Positions 10,301 to 20,109 of a stretch of DNA of 64,000 nt are shown here, one piece after another. The first letter of the stretch is position 1. The number at the start of each line of letters is the position of its first letter. The position numbers and the translations under genes are program-made. Source of the DNA: a virus (lineage: Duplodnaviria; Heunggongvirae; Uroviricota; Caudoviricetes); IMG/VR virus record IMGVR_UViG_3300037466_002980, positions 128,001-192,000 of that record; one strand, 5' to 3'. Under the pieces are notes generated by a model that was not told where the DNA came from, ran no database searches, and saw only the letters and a program-made list of their open reading frames with translations.

Positions 10301-13300
10301 TCGGTTGCTGTACCTGCTTCAGTTATACTTGAATTTGTTATCCAATTCCCTGTGTTAGTTTCGGTTGCGGTACCAGATTCAGTTATGGAGGTTAATGCTG
10401 TCCATAATGCCGATTCGCTATCGGTAGCAGTACCTGTTTCAGTTACTGATCCAGCTGTAACTCGACTGCCTGTATCAGTTTCGGTTGCTGTACCTGCTTC
10501 AGTTATACTTGAATTTGTTATCCAATTCCCTGTGTTAGTTTCAGTGGCAGTACCTGTTTCAGTTACTGATGCTAAAGCAATCCAAGTGGCTGTATCTGTT
10601 TCAGTAGCAGTACCCGCTTCAGTTATGCTTGAACTTGTTATCCAATTACCTGTATCAGTTTCTGTAGCAGCACCTGTTTCTGTGATAGATGTTAATGCAA
10701 TCCAAGTTGCTGTATCGGTTTCAGTTGCAGTACCCGATTCAGTTATTGAGACTAATGCTGTCCATAATGCCGATTCGCTATCGGTGGCAGTACCTGTTTC
10801 AGTTACTGAATCCGATGCTGTCCAGGTTACCGTATCGCTATCAGTAGCAGTACCTGTTTCTGTAATAGAACTTGATGTTACATTACCAGCCGATATTGTA
10901 TCGGCCGCAGAAGCAGTTTCTGTAACTGAACCACTTTGAGCTCCTCCAGAAAAACTCCATCCTGTATTACCACTTGTATTTACGTTTCCCGACGCCAACG
11001 GTGCTGACCAAGTAGCTCCGCCGGTTGCATTGCTATCAGCGATATCAAGATATGAAACCGTATTGGTTCCCGATGCATCAGATAATGTCGCCTGTGTACC
11101 AGAAGAACTTGATCTAAGTGTGACCAGGTTTCCTACTGTTCCACTTACCGTAAATCCAGAAACGGTCGTGGTTGTAGAAGCTGGAAAAATAAATCCAGTT
11201 GGACTAACTGTGTTGGTAATATTACTAAAGGTATTCGCACCAGTAACAGTTAATGTTCCTGCTCCATCGTTAGATAATACCGGATAAGAACCTCCACCAC
11301 CTGCAAATGTTTTTGCCGAAGCACTGGTCATAGAAATTGTACCAGTGCTTCCCACTGTTAAATTGGTAGATGTAGAGGCGTCAAATACCGTACCGCTAGC
11401 GGTAACTTGCAGAACTCCGGTTGTGCCTAAAGTCAGTGCTCTAACATTACTATTACTTGTGCTGAAAATACCGCAGGAAAAGGTTTTATTATTTAAATCT
11501 ATCGTACCATTAGTTAATGTCACTGTCTTGGTAGTATCATTAGTGACATTATCTTGTAACTGCCAGGTTCCGCCTACACCATTAAATGTTATAGTCGTAT
11601 TAAGGGTAGAACCTTGTCCACTTAGGGAATGGGTGCCTGATGTTGCTGATAGGACAAATGCCCCCGAACTACACGTCATTCCTGATCCAAAAACCAAATC
11701 ACCATAGATATTTCGTGTACTTGGGTTTGTCACTGAACCAGTAAATCCAGTGAAATCTACTGTCTTGAAATTGCCTGACAGAGAAACAATGTCACTTCCT
11801 GCAGTGAAATAAAGGCTGTATGATGTTGTTTCTGTCGAAGTGGTAGCCAAACTAATTGTGCGCGTTCCAGTGGAACCAGAATAGTTCAATTCGATTCGGG
11901 GTGTTCCGGTTTGGGACGCTGAAGTCATTGAACCAGTGAGGACTGTAGCAGCGTTACCAGTAATAACAATCTTTCCTGTGGTGCCAAACGCCATTATATG
12001 CGTTCCAGAAACAGCCATTAATCCACATGACAGTGTCAAATTATTCAAATTAACTGTACCGTTTGAATGGGTAAATGTTCGGGTCGAACCCATTGTTAGG
12101 TTATCAGCCAACTGCATTGTCATCACCGAACCACCGCCATTTCCACCAGCAGCCATAGTAAGTGGAAAATCTATTAATACACCATTGGTTGTTATCACCT
12201 GTGTAGCAGTTGTTCCTTGAAATGTAGTAGTGTTCGTACCGGCAGTGTAGGTTGCTGTGGCTGACAGTGTAAGATTTCTATAAACGTTTCTAGCCACATT
12301 GGTTACAGTACCCGAAAACCCTGTGAAATCTAAATCATAAAAATGACTTGTTCCACTTGTTGTTACGGTATCAGTTCCTGCCGATATCAACACAGAAATA
12401 GATGATAATTCACTACCACCAGCCGTACCACCAATATTAAAGGTACGTGTACCTGTGGCACCAGAATAATTAGATTCGATAAGTCGTGAACCTGATACAG
12501 ATAGGTTACTTGTTGTACTCATATTAATTACTGTAGTGGCACTACCGGTTACTACAATCCTACCTGTAGTGTTAAATGCTAGAGTACGTGTGTTAGTGGT
12601 GCTACTTGAGAAAACCGAAGCAGTTAAGACTAAATTATTCAAATCAAGTGTACCTGCCGTTAAGGTTGCCGTACGTGTAGAACCTAATGTCATATTGTCG
12701 AGAAGCTGAACAATACCACCGGCACCGGTAACGTTGAACGTAACTGGAAAATCTAATGTCTTACCGTTGGTGGTAACAGTTTGTGCACCTGAAGCTGCGC
12801 CACCAAAGCTCACTGACGCTGTTCCAGAACCAAGTGTTAAACCTGTTGGAAAAGTGAAGTTCTCCCACAGGGTAAACGAGTTAGTATTGGATAAAGTTCC
12901 TGTGCAAGGTGACAAATCAATATTCTTGAAAGCACCAGCCAGCACAAGTGTATCTGAACAAGCCGATAGGTTAACATCAAGCGCATTGGCCTGCGTCAAT
13001 CCCGTACCGGTACTGCCGTGTGCAAAGGTGCGTGTACCCACAGAACCTGTGTAATTAGCCGAAACATTCATCGTTCCCGTGTAGGACCAGTTGGTCAGTC
13101 CCGCAAATGACCAGACAGTAGCGCCGTTTCCTTGCAGAACGATCGCCCCTACGGTACCAAATGCAATTACGCGCGTGACACTAACCGGTTGAGTGTTACC
13201 AAAACCACCTGCACCATCGGAAAAAGTGGTGGTGGTCAAGGTGTGACCATTTAAATCTAGTGTTCCTTGATACAGCGCACAAATTCCAGCTGTTGTGTTA

Positions 13301-15090
13301 GTGAACAGCATGTTGTCTTGCAATACAAATGTACCATTGGCCAGGCTATTAAAGAATAATGGAAAAGGAATTGTCTTGCCGTTGGTGGTGATATTTGTTG
13401 TTGTACCTATCGGGTCATGAAAACCTACCGGAAGTGAACCTGCCGTTAATGTAGCACCAGGTGCAAAAGCAAAATTGCCATTAATACGCAATGTCGTATT
13501 CAATAATGTTCCGGTAAAGGATGCCCATGTCATGTTAACAACATAGCCATTAATGGACAATGTATCACTGCCTCCATCGATTACCAACTGAATCGCTGTA
13601 GCGTCTACATTCGTAGCATTTTGTCCTGTATTGGAACTATTAAATGTGCGTGTACCAGTTGATCCGGTGTAAGTTGACTCTACTGTCGGTGTACCAGAAA
13701 TAGTAATAGTTGAACCATCAGGACAATCCCATATTGTTGCTGCATTACCAGATAGCGAGATCTTACCAGTCGTACCAAAAGTGATGCCGCGAGTATTAGA
13801 ATTATTGGATGAAAAACTAAAACACGTAAGGGTGAAATTGTTTAAGTCCAATGTACCGTTGGTTAATGTGAAAATACCTTGTGTTGCTGAGGAGGTGAGT
13901 GTTACATTACTTAGAAGTTGTGTCGTGCCTCCTACACCTGTATCGGTAATCGGAAACGTGAGTGTCTTGTTCGAACTAAGTGTCTGGGTACCGGACGTTG
14001 CTGCCATAGTTAAAGCAGTGGTGGTTGAAGGCAACGTCATAGCCGATGAACCACCACTGATTTCAAAGTTACCATAGATACTCAAAGGAAAACCAGTAGT
14101 GGAACCTGTAAAGCCCTGGAAACGCAAATCATAAATGAACGAACCTGTGGTAATCGTGAACGCATAAGTTCCAGCTAAAAGACTGAAACTCATAGAATTT
14201 GCTTCACTGCCACCGGTAGTGCCATGTGTCACAGTAATTCCAACGCTACCCGAAGAAGTTAACTGCACTGTTGGTGTTCCAGTACGTGTAAATCCTGTTG
14301 CCACGGCCGCCGACCATACCGTACCAGTACCCGACAAGGAAATCTTACCCGTGCCAAAATTGATGCTGCGTGTGGTGCTATTGCTGCTGGAAAAAACCGA
14401 GCCGGTGAGCGTGAAGGTAGACAACGCAATTGTACCGGCTGACAGCGTTATTGTACCGGTCGACTTCAAGTCACTAAGTAACGTGAAAGTTCCTGCTGTG
14501 CCGTTGAAGGTGATCGGCGAAGCAAGAGAGACTCCTTGAGCATCAATAGTAGCCGAACCTGTGGAACTGAAGGTCAATGCCACAGTGTTAGACCACGTAA
14601 AACCCGTTGCTGGAATGGCGAAGTTACCCGACACGGTGAGTGAGTTCGATCCCGCAAAAGTCATAGCCTGCGATAATCCACTGGCAGTGAAATTAATAAT
14701 TGTACGGGTGGTACCTAACGTTACTGTGAATGCTGTGGTACCGATACCTGAATTTGCATCAAAAATAACGTTATCAGTGGTTGTTGGAACAGAAGCAGCA
14801 CCTGTCCATGCAGAACAGGTAGTAGAGGACTGTGTAACGTTGGAACTCATGTTGTACGTACCGGTACCACCTGTACCCGTACCAAAAGAGCTAATGGTAC
14901 CTAAGTTGCTACCACCAGAAGTCATAACTGTCATGCCGACAGCCAGTGTGCCCGAGGCCACCGCAGTGACAGTTAGCACTCTGCTAGATGCTGAACCTGT
15001 TAACTGAACCGCTGTGGCTGCGGCCGACCAGTTAACAGTGTTGGTGCTGGAAAAGCTTCCGGTTCCTCCGCGCCAATATCTATCTGCCAT
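7342..15090 (-). CDS. Giant (2582 aa) Gly/Thr/Ser-rich fibre or adhesin-like virion protein
   Basis: N-terminal beta-helix-like repeats (LTxGTLDLNxxTL...GTRT); C-terminal 20-aa tandem repeats. Confidence 0.75.
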   Translation of the reverse strand: MADRYWRGGTGSFSSTNTVNWSAAATAVQLTGSASSRVLTVTAVASGTLAVGMTVMTSGGSNLGTISSFGTGTGGTGTYNMSSNVTQSSTTCSAWTGAASVPTTTDNVIFDANSGIGTTAFTVTLGTTRTIINFTASGLSQAMTFAGSNSLTVSGNFAIPATGFTWSNTVALTFSSTGSATIDAQGVSLASPITFNGTAGTFTLLSDLKSTGTITLSAGTIALSTFTLTGSVFSSSNSTTRSINFGTGKISLSGTGTVWSAAVATGFTRTGTPTVQLTSSGSVGITVTHGTTGGSEANSMSFSLLAGTYAFTITTGSFIYDLRFQGFTGSTTGFPLSIYGNFEISGGSSAMTLPSTTTALTMAATSGTQTLSSNKTLTFPITDTGVGGTTQLLSNVTLTSSATQGIFTLTNGTLDLNNFTLTCFSFSSNNSNTRGITFGTTGKISLSGNAATIWDCPDGSTITISGTPTVESTYTGSTGTRTFNSSNTGQNATNVDATAIQLVIDGGSDTLSINGYVVNMTWASFTGTLLNTTLRINGNFAFAPGATLTAGSLPVGFHDPIGTTTNITTNGKTIPFPLFFNSLANGTFVLQDNMLFTNTTAGICALYQGTLDLNGHTLTTTTFSDGAGGFGNTQPVSVTRVIAFGTVGAIVLQGNGATVWSFAGLTNWSYTGTMNVSANYTGSVGTRTFAHGSTGTGLTQANALDVNLSACSDTLVLAGAFKNIDLSPCTGTLSNTNSFTLWENFTFPTGLTLGSGTASVSFGGAASGAQTVTTNGKTLDFPVTFNVTGAGGIVQLLDNMTLGSTRTATLTAGTLDLNNLVLTASVFSSSTTNTRTLAFNTTGRIVVTGSATTVINMSTTSNLSVSGSRLIESNYSGATGTRTFNIGGTAGGSELSSISVLISAGTDTVTTSGTSHFYDLDFTGFSGTVTNVARNVYRNLTLSATATYTAGTNTTTFQGTTATQVITTNGVLIDFPLTMAAGGNGGGSVMTMQLADNLTMGSTRTFTHSNGTVNLNNLTLSCGLMAVSGTHIMAFGTTGKIVITGNAATVLTGSMTSASQTGTPRIELNYSGSTGTRTISLATTSTETTSYSLYFTAGSDIVSLSGNFKTVDFTGFTGSVTNPSTRNIYGDLVFGSGMTCSSGAFVLSATSGTHSLSGQGSTLNTTITFNGVGGTWQLQDNVTNDTTKTVTLTNGTIDLNNKTFSCGIFSTSNSNVRALTLGTTGVLQVTASGTVFDASTSTNLTVGSTGTISMTSASAKTFAGGGGSYPVLSNDGAGTLTVTGANTFSNITNTVSPTGFIFPASTTTTVSGFTVSGTVGNLVTLRSSSSGTQATLSDASGTNTVSYLDIADSNATGGATWSAPLASGNVNTSGNTGWSFSGGAQSGSVTETASAADTISAGNVTSSSITETGTATDSDTVTWTASDSVTETGTATDSESALWTALVSITESGTATETDTATWIALTSITETGAATETDTGNWITSSSITEAGTATETDTATWIALASVTETGTATETNTGNWITNSSITEAGTATETDTGSRVTAGSVTETGTATDSESALWTALTSITESGTATETNTGNWITNSSITEAGTATETDTGSRVTAGSVTETGTATETDTATWIALASITESGTATETDTVKWTTSATITETGTATETDTGNWITSATLTESASATETDTGSRITAGSVTETGAATDSESVLWTALASITESGTATETDTGNWITSSSITESASATDTVSAGDIESAIITETASAADSFSVVWTIGAPITETSVAIDTVSAGNVTSATITETGAATETDTGNWITSATLIESASATETDTGNWITSSSITETANATETDTGNWITNSNITESASATETDTGSRITAGSVTETGTATETFSVIWTVGASVTETTTATETDTGNWITSSTITEATTATDNVIAGDLTTASITEATTASETDTATWIALASITESGTATETDTGNWITSSSITESASATDTVSAGDQISVSITETGSAIDSESSIWTAGGSVIEIASTTDTASAGNVTTTSITEATTAIESISAGNITSSSIAESVSATDTVSAGDQISVSIAESASATDIVSAGDQISVSITETGSATETGSATWIAVTSITETGAATETDVGNWVTNVTLTEVASVTDTVSAGDIESATITESASATDTVSAGNITSVSITESVSATDTTSAGDLISVSVTETGTATETDTATWIALASITETGAATETDIGNWITSSSITESSIATETDTGNWITSSSISESGTATEIDSATWIALASITETGAATETDTGNWITNVSITETANATDDNILGIFLEITETTSATDNNIGNWVTADSVTELVTATDINSSAWIANASITETANALDSENTNNVLSDSITESTIATETDTGTWITSDTVTEIVSVIDNSSATTLTSTSIIETVTAVDAVSAGDQISASIIEAVAATDIVTVNDQFSVSITETANATDSNSVGISVSINETINAVDSSSVSVNYHVTINEIGVPTDSTFETVTYTESKTEIAIATDTCGYSSDTASIDETADALDGISSDVREYTSSEYSLPEVTNVSKKYISVLGGKVMIRNKPKLFMIFPDIT
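7560..10930 (-). repeat. Degenerate 60-nt (20 aa) coding tandem repeat, roughly 55 units
   Basis: Consensus SITETGTATETDTGNWITSS; 10261-10320 is identical to 10441-10500. Confidence 0.9.
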
Positions 15091-15207
15091 AATTTACACC
15101 TTAATTGGTTTCTTATAGACAGAGATCTATCTATAATCTGGCACAGAAGAAATATAATCTCAATCTAAAAAGTTTACCAGCCCCAACTCAATATGCTATT
15201 ATCTAAA

Positions 15208-15771
15208 TTATAGACTTGCGGTATAGCTTACGTTTAATGTATCACCAGATGTAACCGATTTAGATGCAGCAAAATCTCCTGCGGAATAAAGAACCGCACC
15301 AGTTGCTGCTGTATCACCGGCTGTACCTAATGTTGTAGCCGTAGGAGCCATAACCAACATACAACCTGCAACCGTAGCTGTTCCGTTGATCGAAAAAGAT
15401 ACCGCAGACGATGTCGATATCGAGCCACCCGAAGAAGCTGACCATGCTGGTGTTCCTCTGCTTCCTGTGTATGCTGTTACCTCTGACCAACCGGCATGCG
15501 AAGTATAAGTATCGGTTGAAGCTGCTGAACCAGTTCCTTTCAAGCCCATTCTTAGAACGTTAGTTGATGAAGCAGAAGTCATTAAAGTTAAAAGATAGTT
15601 CTTACCTTGTGTTACAACAGTATTCTGAATATCTTCTGACCATTTAATATTTCCATCAGCCCCGATACAGGTAACCGTATAAACACCCTCAGCATTTGCA
15701 GTTTCTATGAAACTACCACTTCCTCTAACCACAGAAGCATCTACCAATTCAAGTGCATTGCATTTTTCCAT
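15208..15771 (-). CDS. Putative virion structural protein
   Basis: NTVVTQGKNYLL...GDTLNVSYT; late-promoter motif upstream; precedes the giant fibre gene. Confidence 0.65.
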   Translation of the reverse strand: MEKCNALELVDASVVRGSGSFIETANAEGVYTVTCIGADGNIKWSEDIQNTVVTQGKNYLLTLMTSASSTNVLRMGLKGTGSAASTDTYTSHAGWSEVTAYTGSRGTPAWSASSGGSISTSSAVSFSINGTATVAGCMLVMAPTATTLGTAGDTAATGAVLYSAGDFAASKSVTSGDTLNVSYTASL

Positions 15772-15831
15772 TTATTTTCCCTCGAAAGATTTCTTATAAA
15801 TTCTTGTTTTCATAAGCGAAATTACCATTAG

Positions 15832-15839
15832 TATTTATC
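15832..15839 (-). promoter_or_regulatory. T4-like late promoter motif GATAAATA
   Basis: Same motif upstream of other genes at 19003, 24971, 34323, 34799, 38774, 51339, 61751 (minus); AATAAATA at 6037 and 31770 (plus); resembles T4 TATAAATA. Confidence 0.6.
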
Positions 15840-15868
15840 ATCATAGGAATATAAAAGATGAGATCAAT

Positions 15869-15895
15869 AAAAAGCCCCTTTAAAAGGGGCTTTTT
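15869..15895. terminator. Intrinsic terminator after the DUF2828-like gene
   Basis: AAAAAGCCCCTTT-A-AAAGGGGCTTTTT inverted repeat with A/T tracts. Confidence 0.85.
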
Positions 15896-15908
15896 GGAGT
15901 AACTTCTA

Positions 15909-17345
15909 TTAGAAATCGTATCGTTCTATCATGACAGTTTTAAGCATAATGCTTATTGGTGTCATTTCATCACCACCGAGTATCGACTTTACAATACTCG
16001 GACTGAATCCCGATACTAATGCCGCACCAGTCTTATTGTAAGTAACTGGACTATTTCCAGAACGTCCATTAAGATTCCAGAACACAATCTGTGGTGCCTT
16101 ATATCCAGCAGTCGCATAGGACTGTTCGATCATTTCCATGGCACTAACACTCAGGTTAGTTCCACCTGCATGATAATGAGAACCATACACGCTTGGAGTA
16201 CACCCGACAGAAATACAGTTATCAAATTCCATATCCGATAAGATCAATAGCTTTGTTGGCATTTGATCATTTGGCATCTTATTCTTAACAGCGGTATCAA
16301 GAATTAACCTAAACACAGCCTGAATATCGGTATTCATGCCCCAATCAGCTCTCTGCATCTGATTATATCTATCCTGTAAAGATCCTGTTGTCTTTACAAT
16401 AGAAGGCTTACCACTAAAGGTAACAAACGAATCCTTAAAGATTCCGCCCATACGTTCCGATGTATAAAGTCCTAAAGAAATTGCGACATCCATTGCTGTC
16501 ACAGATCCCGATACCTTAACACTAGACATAGAACCAGAAACGTCAACTACCGATAAGATGTTTTCATTAGAACCTTCTAGATAGTTTGGCAATGCCTTCC
16601 ATTGTTCATTTGCAACCGTAGTATCACCATTCACTAAGGAACGAATAACATCATACGGATATGCAACCGAAGCGTTAACCTTTGCATCACCAGAGACTAA
16701 TTTTGCCTTATAGGCAGAATAACCAGTTGCATCATGTTTTGTGAAGGCTTTCTGATAACGTGCAGCGGCAATCGAAGGAACATGTTCATAGTTGATGTTG
16801 CTCCAATCGTTTGCACACATTTTCTGTTCAACAGTATTCGAAAGTCCAACGAGAAGCTTACGGAAGCTCTTTGGAGAATACTTCATATAAGAACGAATCT
16901 TACCTGCGATTGCGCCCTGTCTTGGCATCCATTTTGCACATAAACCATCTTTTGCATTCAATGCTGATACGATCATATGCAGAGCATCATTTTCAAGAGA
17001 TGTACCGAAGGCAATTAAAACATCGTCCCAACGTCCAATTTCGGGAATCTTCACTAGAACCTTAGATGCCAAGGTAGCATCAGTTCTGATCAGATAACCA
17101 AAGAGATCACGGAAAGTTTTTCTTTCACCGCTTCCACCACGGGCATCACGAGTCCACTGTAGGATACGCACAGCAACTTCGGAATCTTCCATTAATGCAC
17201 CCGCGAAGGTGTTGGTAATATCCTTATCACGGCTTGCACCAGCAAGGAAGAAAAGATCGACGTTCTTGTTCAAAGAGGTCGCATTGGTAACAGCACCGTT
17301 AGAGGTAACTGCAGAAGCATTTGTTGTTTCAAATAATGTGGTCAT
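15909..17345 (-). CDS. TROVE-like helical domain plus vWA protein (DUF2828-type)
   Basis: RDARGGSGER, GRWDD, AKWMPR, MIDAS DVSGSM, SDMEFD, VFWNL motifs. Confidence 0.85.
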   Translation of the reverse strand: MTTLFETTNASAVTSNGAVTNATSLNKNVDLFFLAGASRDKDITNTFAGALMEDSEVAVRILQWTRDARGGSGERKTFRDLFGYLIRTDATLASKVLVKIPEIGRWDDVLIAFGTSLENDALHMIVSALNAKDGLCAKWMPRQGAIAGKIRSYMKYSPKSFRKLLVGLSNTVEQKMCANDWSNINYEHVPSIAAARYQKAFTKHDATGYSAYKAKLVSGDAKVNASVAYPYDVIRSLVNGDTTVANEQWKALPNYLEGSNENILSVVDVSGSMSSVKVSGSVTAMDVAISLGLYTSERMGGIFKDSFVTFSGKPSIVKTTGSLQDRYNQMQRADWGMNTDIQAVFRLILDTAVKNKMPNDQMPTKLLILSDMEFDNCISVGCTPSVYGSHYHAGGTNLSVSAMEMIEQSYATAGYKAPQIVFWNLNGRSGNSPVTYNKTGAALVSGFSPSIVKSILGGDEMTPISIMLKTVMIERYDF

Positions 17346-17357
17346 TTTTATTCCTTT

Positions 17358-17403
17358 CAGAATCAGATTGGTTTTATGCTAAAATTATGCGGAAATGATT
17401 CTT
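17358..17403 (-). ncRNA. CAGCA-stem module 1 (degenerate, in the 5' leader of the DUF2828-like gene)
   Basis: AGAATCA-TTTCCGCA...TGATTCT-G. Confidence 0.5.
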
Positions 17404-17413
17404 TAAAATCTAT

Positions 17414-17509
17414 CAGATTAGCTTTTGAACAAATTTTACTTCCTCATTCATGAAGGATTTCCTGGAAAAACCAGGAGAGTCTGATTTATGGATTGCTGTA
17501 ACTAATCTT
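17414..17509 (-). ncRNA. CAGCA-stem module 2
   Basis: AGATTAG-TTACAGCAA...CTAATCT-G; begins at the predicted transcription start. Confidence 0.65.
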
Positions 17510-17517
17510 AATAATTA

Positions 17518-17546
17518 AGTGTAACATTTTCAATGAAACCTGTCAA
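17518..17546 (-). promoter_or_regulatory. sigma70-type promoter
   Basis: TTGACA-17 nt-TACACT. Confidence 0.75.
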
Positions 17547-17562
17547 GAGGACTTTACAGGTT

Positions 17563-18381
17563 TTAATAAGAACCTATTACTGTTTTTCCAGTAAGGTTTT
17601 CTTGATATTTTATTTCTCTTTCGAGAAAATCGACTGCACGTTTCATTAATCTCTTATAATCCTTAGATTTTTCTTTCTCGGGAAAAAGATTAGAAATTCT
17701 ATTAATTTCAAGCTGATGTTTTAATTTATCGAATATTGATCTTTTATCAATTTTTTCTTGATCTTGAAATTCTTTCTTAATAATAGGTACCATTCCATAT
17801 AATGCTTGAACAAATCTAGCATTTATTTCGGATGGTTGAGCAAGATATTCATTGTTATCGAAATACGAAGTATTTGTTTCGCTTCGTTTAGATTGTTTCG
17901 GTGTAGAGTATCTCTTACTTGCATTTGCTTTGAAATTAGATTTAAAATCATCCAAAGCATGTCTTAATTCGTGGGCAATAATGGTACTTAAAAGTTTTGT
18001 TCCGATGTAATCTTTATTTAACACCATTGTTTTACTATCAGAGAACCAAAATCCCATAATATCTTTATTTCCGGGAAGTGTAATAGCCTCTGCCTCATGA
18101 TTTTTTTGGTATTGTCTAATACCGTAATCGGATTGAACTTGAATGTTAATAGGATTTAAAATATATAATGGAGTATCAAAAAGTTCTCCAATAGTACCAA
18201 TTTCTTCAGGAGCATCATAATCTCCTTCAAAATCAAATTCATCGTCTGGTTCAATTTCATCATCTGTCCAAAATTCATTTAGATCCATCTTTGAAAGATA
18301 GTGAGCTATTTCTCGGGCAAGAGAAATAATTGCTCTGTCTTCGTTTACTGATTCTGAAACAAATAATTCAATTAAATGCAT
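17563..18381 (-). CDS. HEXXH zincin-like protein
   Basis: IIAHELRHALD...YLAQPSEINAR. Confidence 0.65.
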   Translation of the reverse strand: MHLIELFVSESVNEDRAIISLAREIAHYLSKMDLNEFWTDDEIEPDDEFDFEGDYDAPEEIGTIGELFDTPLYILNPINIQVQSDYGIRQYQKNHEAEAITLPGNKDIMGFWFSDSKTMVLNKDYIGTKLLSTIIAHELRHALDDFKSNFKANASKRYSTPKQSKRSETNTSYFDNNEYLAQPSEINARFVQALYGMVPIIKKEFQDQEKIDKRSIFDKLKHQLEINRISNLFPEKEKSKDYKRLMKRAVDFLEREIKYQENLTGKTVIGSY

Positions 18382-18382
18382 C

Positions 18383-18985
18383 TTAACCCCAGACTAGATC
18401 TGCACCATTTTTTTGACACCAATCACATAATTTTAAAAGACTATCTATATAACGGTCAACTTGCGAATTCGTTCTTCCACCTACATACATCTTGCCACTA
18501 CGCCCAATTTTATCCATTCCATTGTCGTCTTTATATCTTCTCATTTCTCCACCAAATTCTTGTGGATCAGCGAGTAATGAATTGTTATTGTTTTTCAATT
18601 TTATCAGTTTTCGACGTAATTCTGGAAGCTGACTATTAGGAACTGATCCGACTAATTCTGATGAATCTAATCCTAATGCATTTAGAATTGCCACTGCATT
18701 CATATTTGTGACATTTAATTCTGGATAATCAGAAACCCATGTCTTATTGGTTTTCTTACCATCGCACATTCTGCAAACCCAATCTTGGGCAGGATAATGT
18801 TTTCCTTCATAGTCATATGCATCACTATGTTCCATTCCTGTACCATTACATATATCGCATGGTTCGTCCACGTAACGACCCCATTCCATTCCGGAATAAA
18901 GTCCATCTGGATAATTCGGATCATCTTTAATTAATTTCGCAGCACCGAAATCAACAGATTCGTTTAGAATTTCACTAAGCCTCAT
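18383..18985 (-). CDS. Protein with DnaJ-type CxxCxGxG zinc finger
   Basis: CDICNGTG, CRMCDGKK; start MRLSEILNE after an SD-like GGAG. Confidence 0.65.
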   Translation of the reverse strand: MRLSEILNESVDFGAAKLIKDDPNYPDGLYSGMEWGRYVDEPCDICNGTGMEHSDAYDYEGKHYPAQDWVCRMCDGKKTNKTWVSDYPELNVTNMNAVAILNALGLDSSELVGSVPNSQLPELRRKLIKLKNNNNSLLADPQEFGGEMRRYKDDNGMDKIGRSGKMYVGGRTNSQVDRYIDSLLKLCDWCQKNGADLVWG

Positions 18986-19022
18986 AGCATCTCCGATTAT
19001 GCTATTTATCAAAAAACTAGTG

Positions 19023-20108
19023 TTATTCCTCTTCGGATAGAAGCATTGAGTTAGAGATTACCTTGAAACTAAATTGATCAGTCCAATCCTTGAAGATAAC
19101 ACCTTCTCTTATTACTCCGGGATTATAACCTTGTCCGTCAGCAAAAAATAATAATTGATTTATATTTTCTATTCCTAAGTCATCCATAGAAACATTTTTA
19201 AAAAGAATAGGAATATGTGAAATAATATTTCTATCAATACCTAAAGACATTATTTCTTCAAATATTTCATATCTTTGTTCGGGCGTAAAATATCTATGGT
19301 TATCCATATCGTAGATATCGAAAACAAACAGTTTATGCGAATCAAATCGTTCTCGATTCTGTTCTATGCCCGGGCCTACGAGTTCGCCTTGCACGGCGAT
19401 ATTTTTGCCATATTTAATTAAAGCTTCACGTAGATTACTGTCTATATATGTACGAACAAATTTGTTTTGTTGCGTTTTTTCATTAATTTCTACCTGCCAA
19501 CGTCGTGTGCAAACACCTTCTTCTCCGTTGAAGTAAAAACTAGTGAAAGAAGAACCGTCCATCTTTAGACTAACTTCATATCTAGCATTTTTCTTAAAAT
19601 CAAAGATATATTTATTTAAATTTTGGCAACGTTCCTGAGTAGTCTTTGGAATGAAATTGGGTAATGTACCTGTTACCTGTCCTTCTAATTCTGCCGGGAC
19701 AGGTTTTTCGTATTTCTTAACTTTCAATAAGTCAGTTAGATCACTTCCAGGAAAGAAAAATTCACAAAGCTCTTGCCCTTCATCCTCATCGGAATCAATA
19801 AAATCATCAATAAATAAACCAATTGGAAGTGCAAAACCTTGACTTAATTGTCCACGTAAACGAATTGTTTTTATTCTATATCCTTGTTCGCCTTGAAAGG
19901 TACGAAGACAATTTTTTCTTAGTCTTTCAAATTCAGGTCGTATTGGAAGAAAACTATCAATTTCAAAGAAGGCACATAAATCACCTACCTTAAATTCTCC
20001 AACATTAACAACAACTTGCCAACCATCAATAATAGCCAAACAAATTTTATCAGCACCTTCAATAGGCCGAATATCAGAAATTGTTCGAACTGTTGCTAAT
20101 TTTCTCAT
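19023..20108 (-). CDS. RNA ligase, DRB0094-type (N-terminal OB-like domain)
   Basis: MRKLATVRTI...IEGAD, motif I KMDGSS, QGELVGPGI, FDI, EGVIFK, FKVIS. Confidence 0.9.
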   Translation of the reverse strand: MRKLATVRTISDIRPIEGADKICLAIIDGWQVVVNVGEFKVGDLCAFFEIDSFLPIRPEFERLRKNCLRTFQGEQGYRIKTIRLRGQLSQGFALPIGLFIDDFIDSDEDEGQELCEFFFPGSDLTDLLKVKKYEKPVPAELEGQVTGTLPNFIPKTTQERCQNLNKYIFDFKKNARYEVSLKMDGSSFTSFYFNGEEGVCTRRWQVEINEKTQQNKFVRTYIDSNLREALIKYGKNIAVQGELVGPGIEQNRERFDSHKLFVFDIYDMDNHRYFTPEQRYEIFEEIMSLGIDRNIISHIPILFKNVSMDDLGIENINQLLFFADGQGYNPGVIREGVIFKDWTDQFSFKVISNSMLLSEEE

Positions 20109-20109
20109 T

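Noticed and set aside
7560-10930. Possible CRISPR array
   Set aside because: The repeats are contiguous, degenerate, 60-nt in-frame coding units with no unique spacers, and no cas genes are seen.
7349-15007. Long plus-strand ORFs (up to 584 aa)
   Set aside because: They are antisense shadows of the repetitive 2582-aa gene, whose codon pattern leaves the opposite strand stop-poor.
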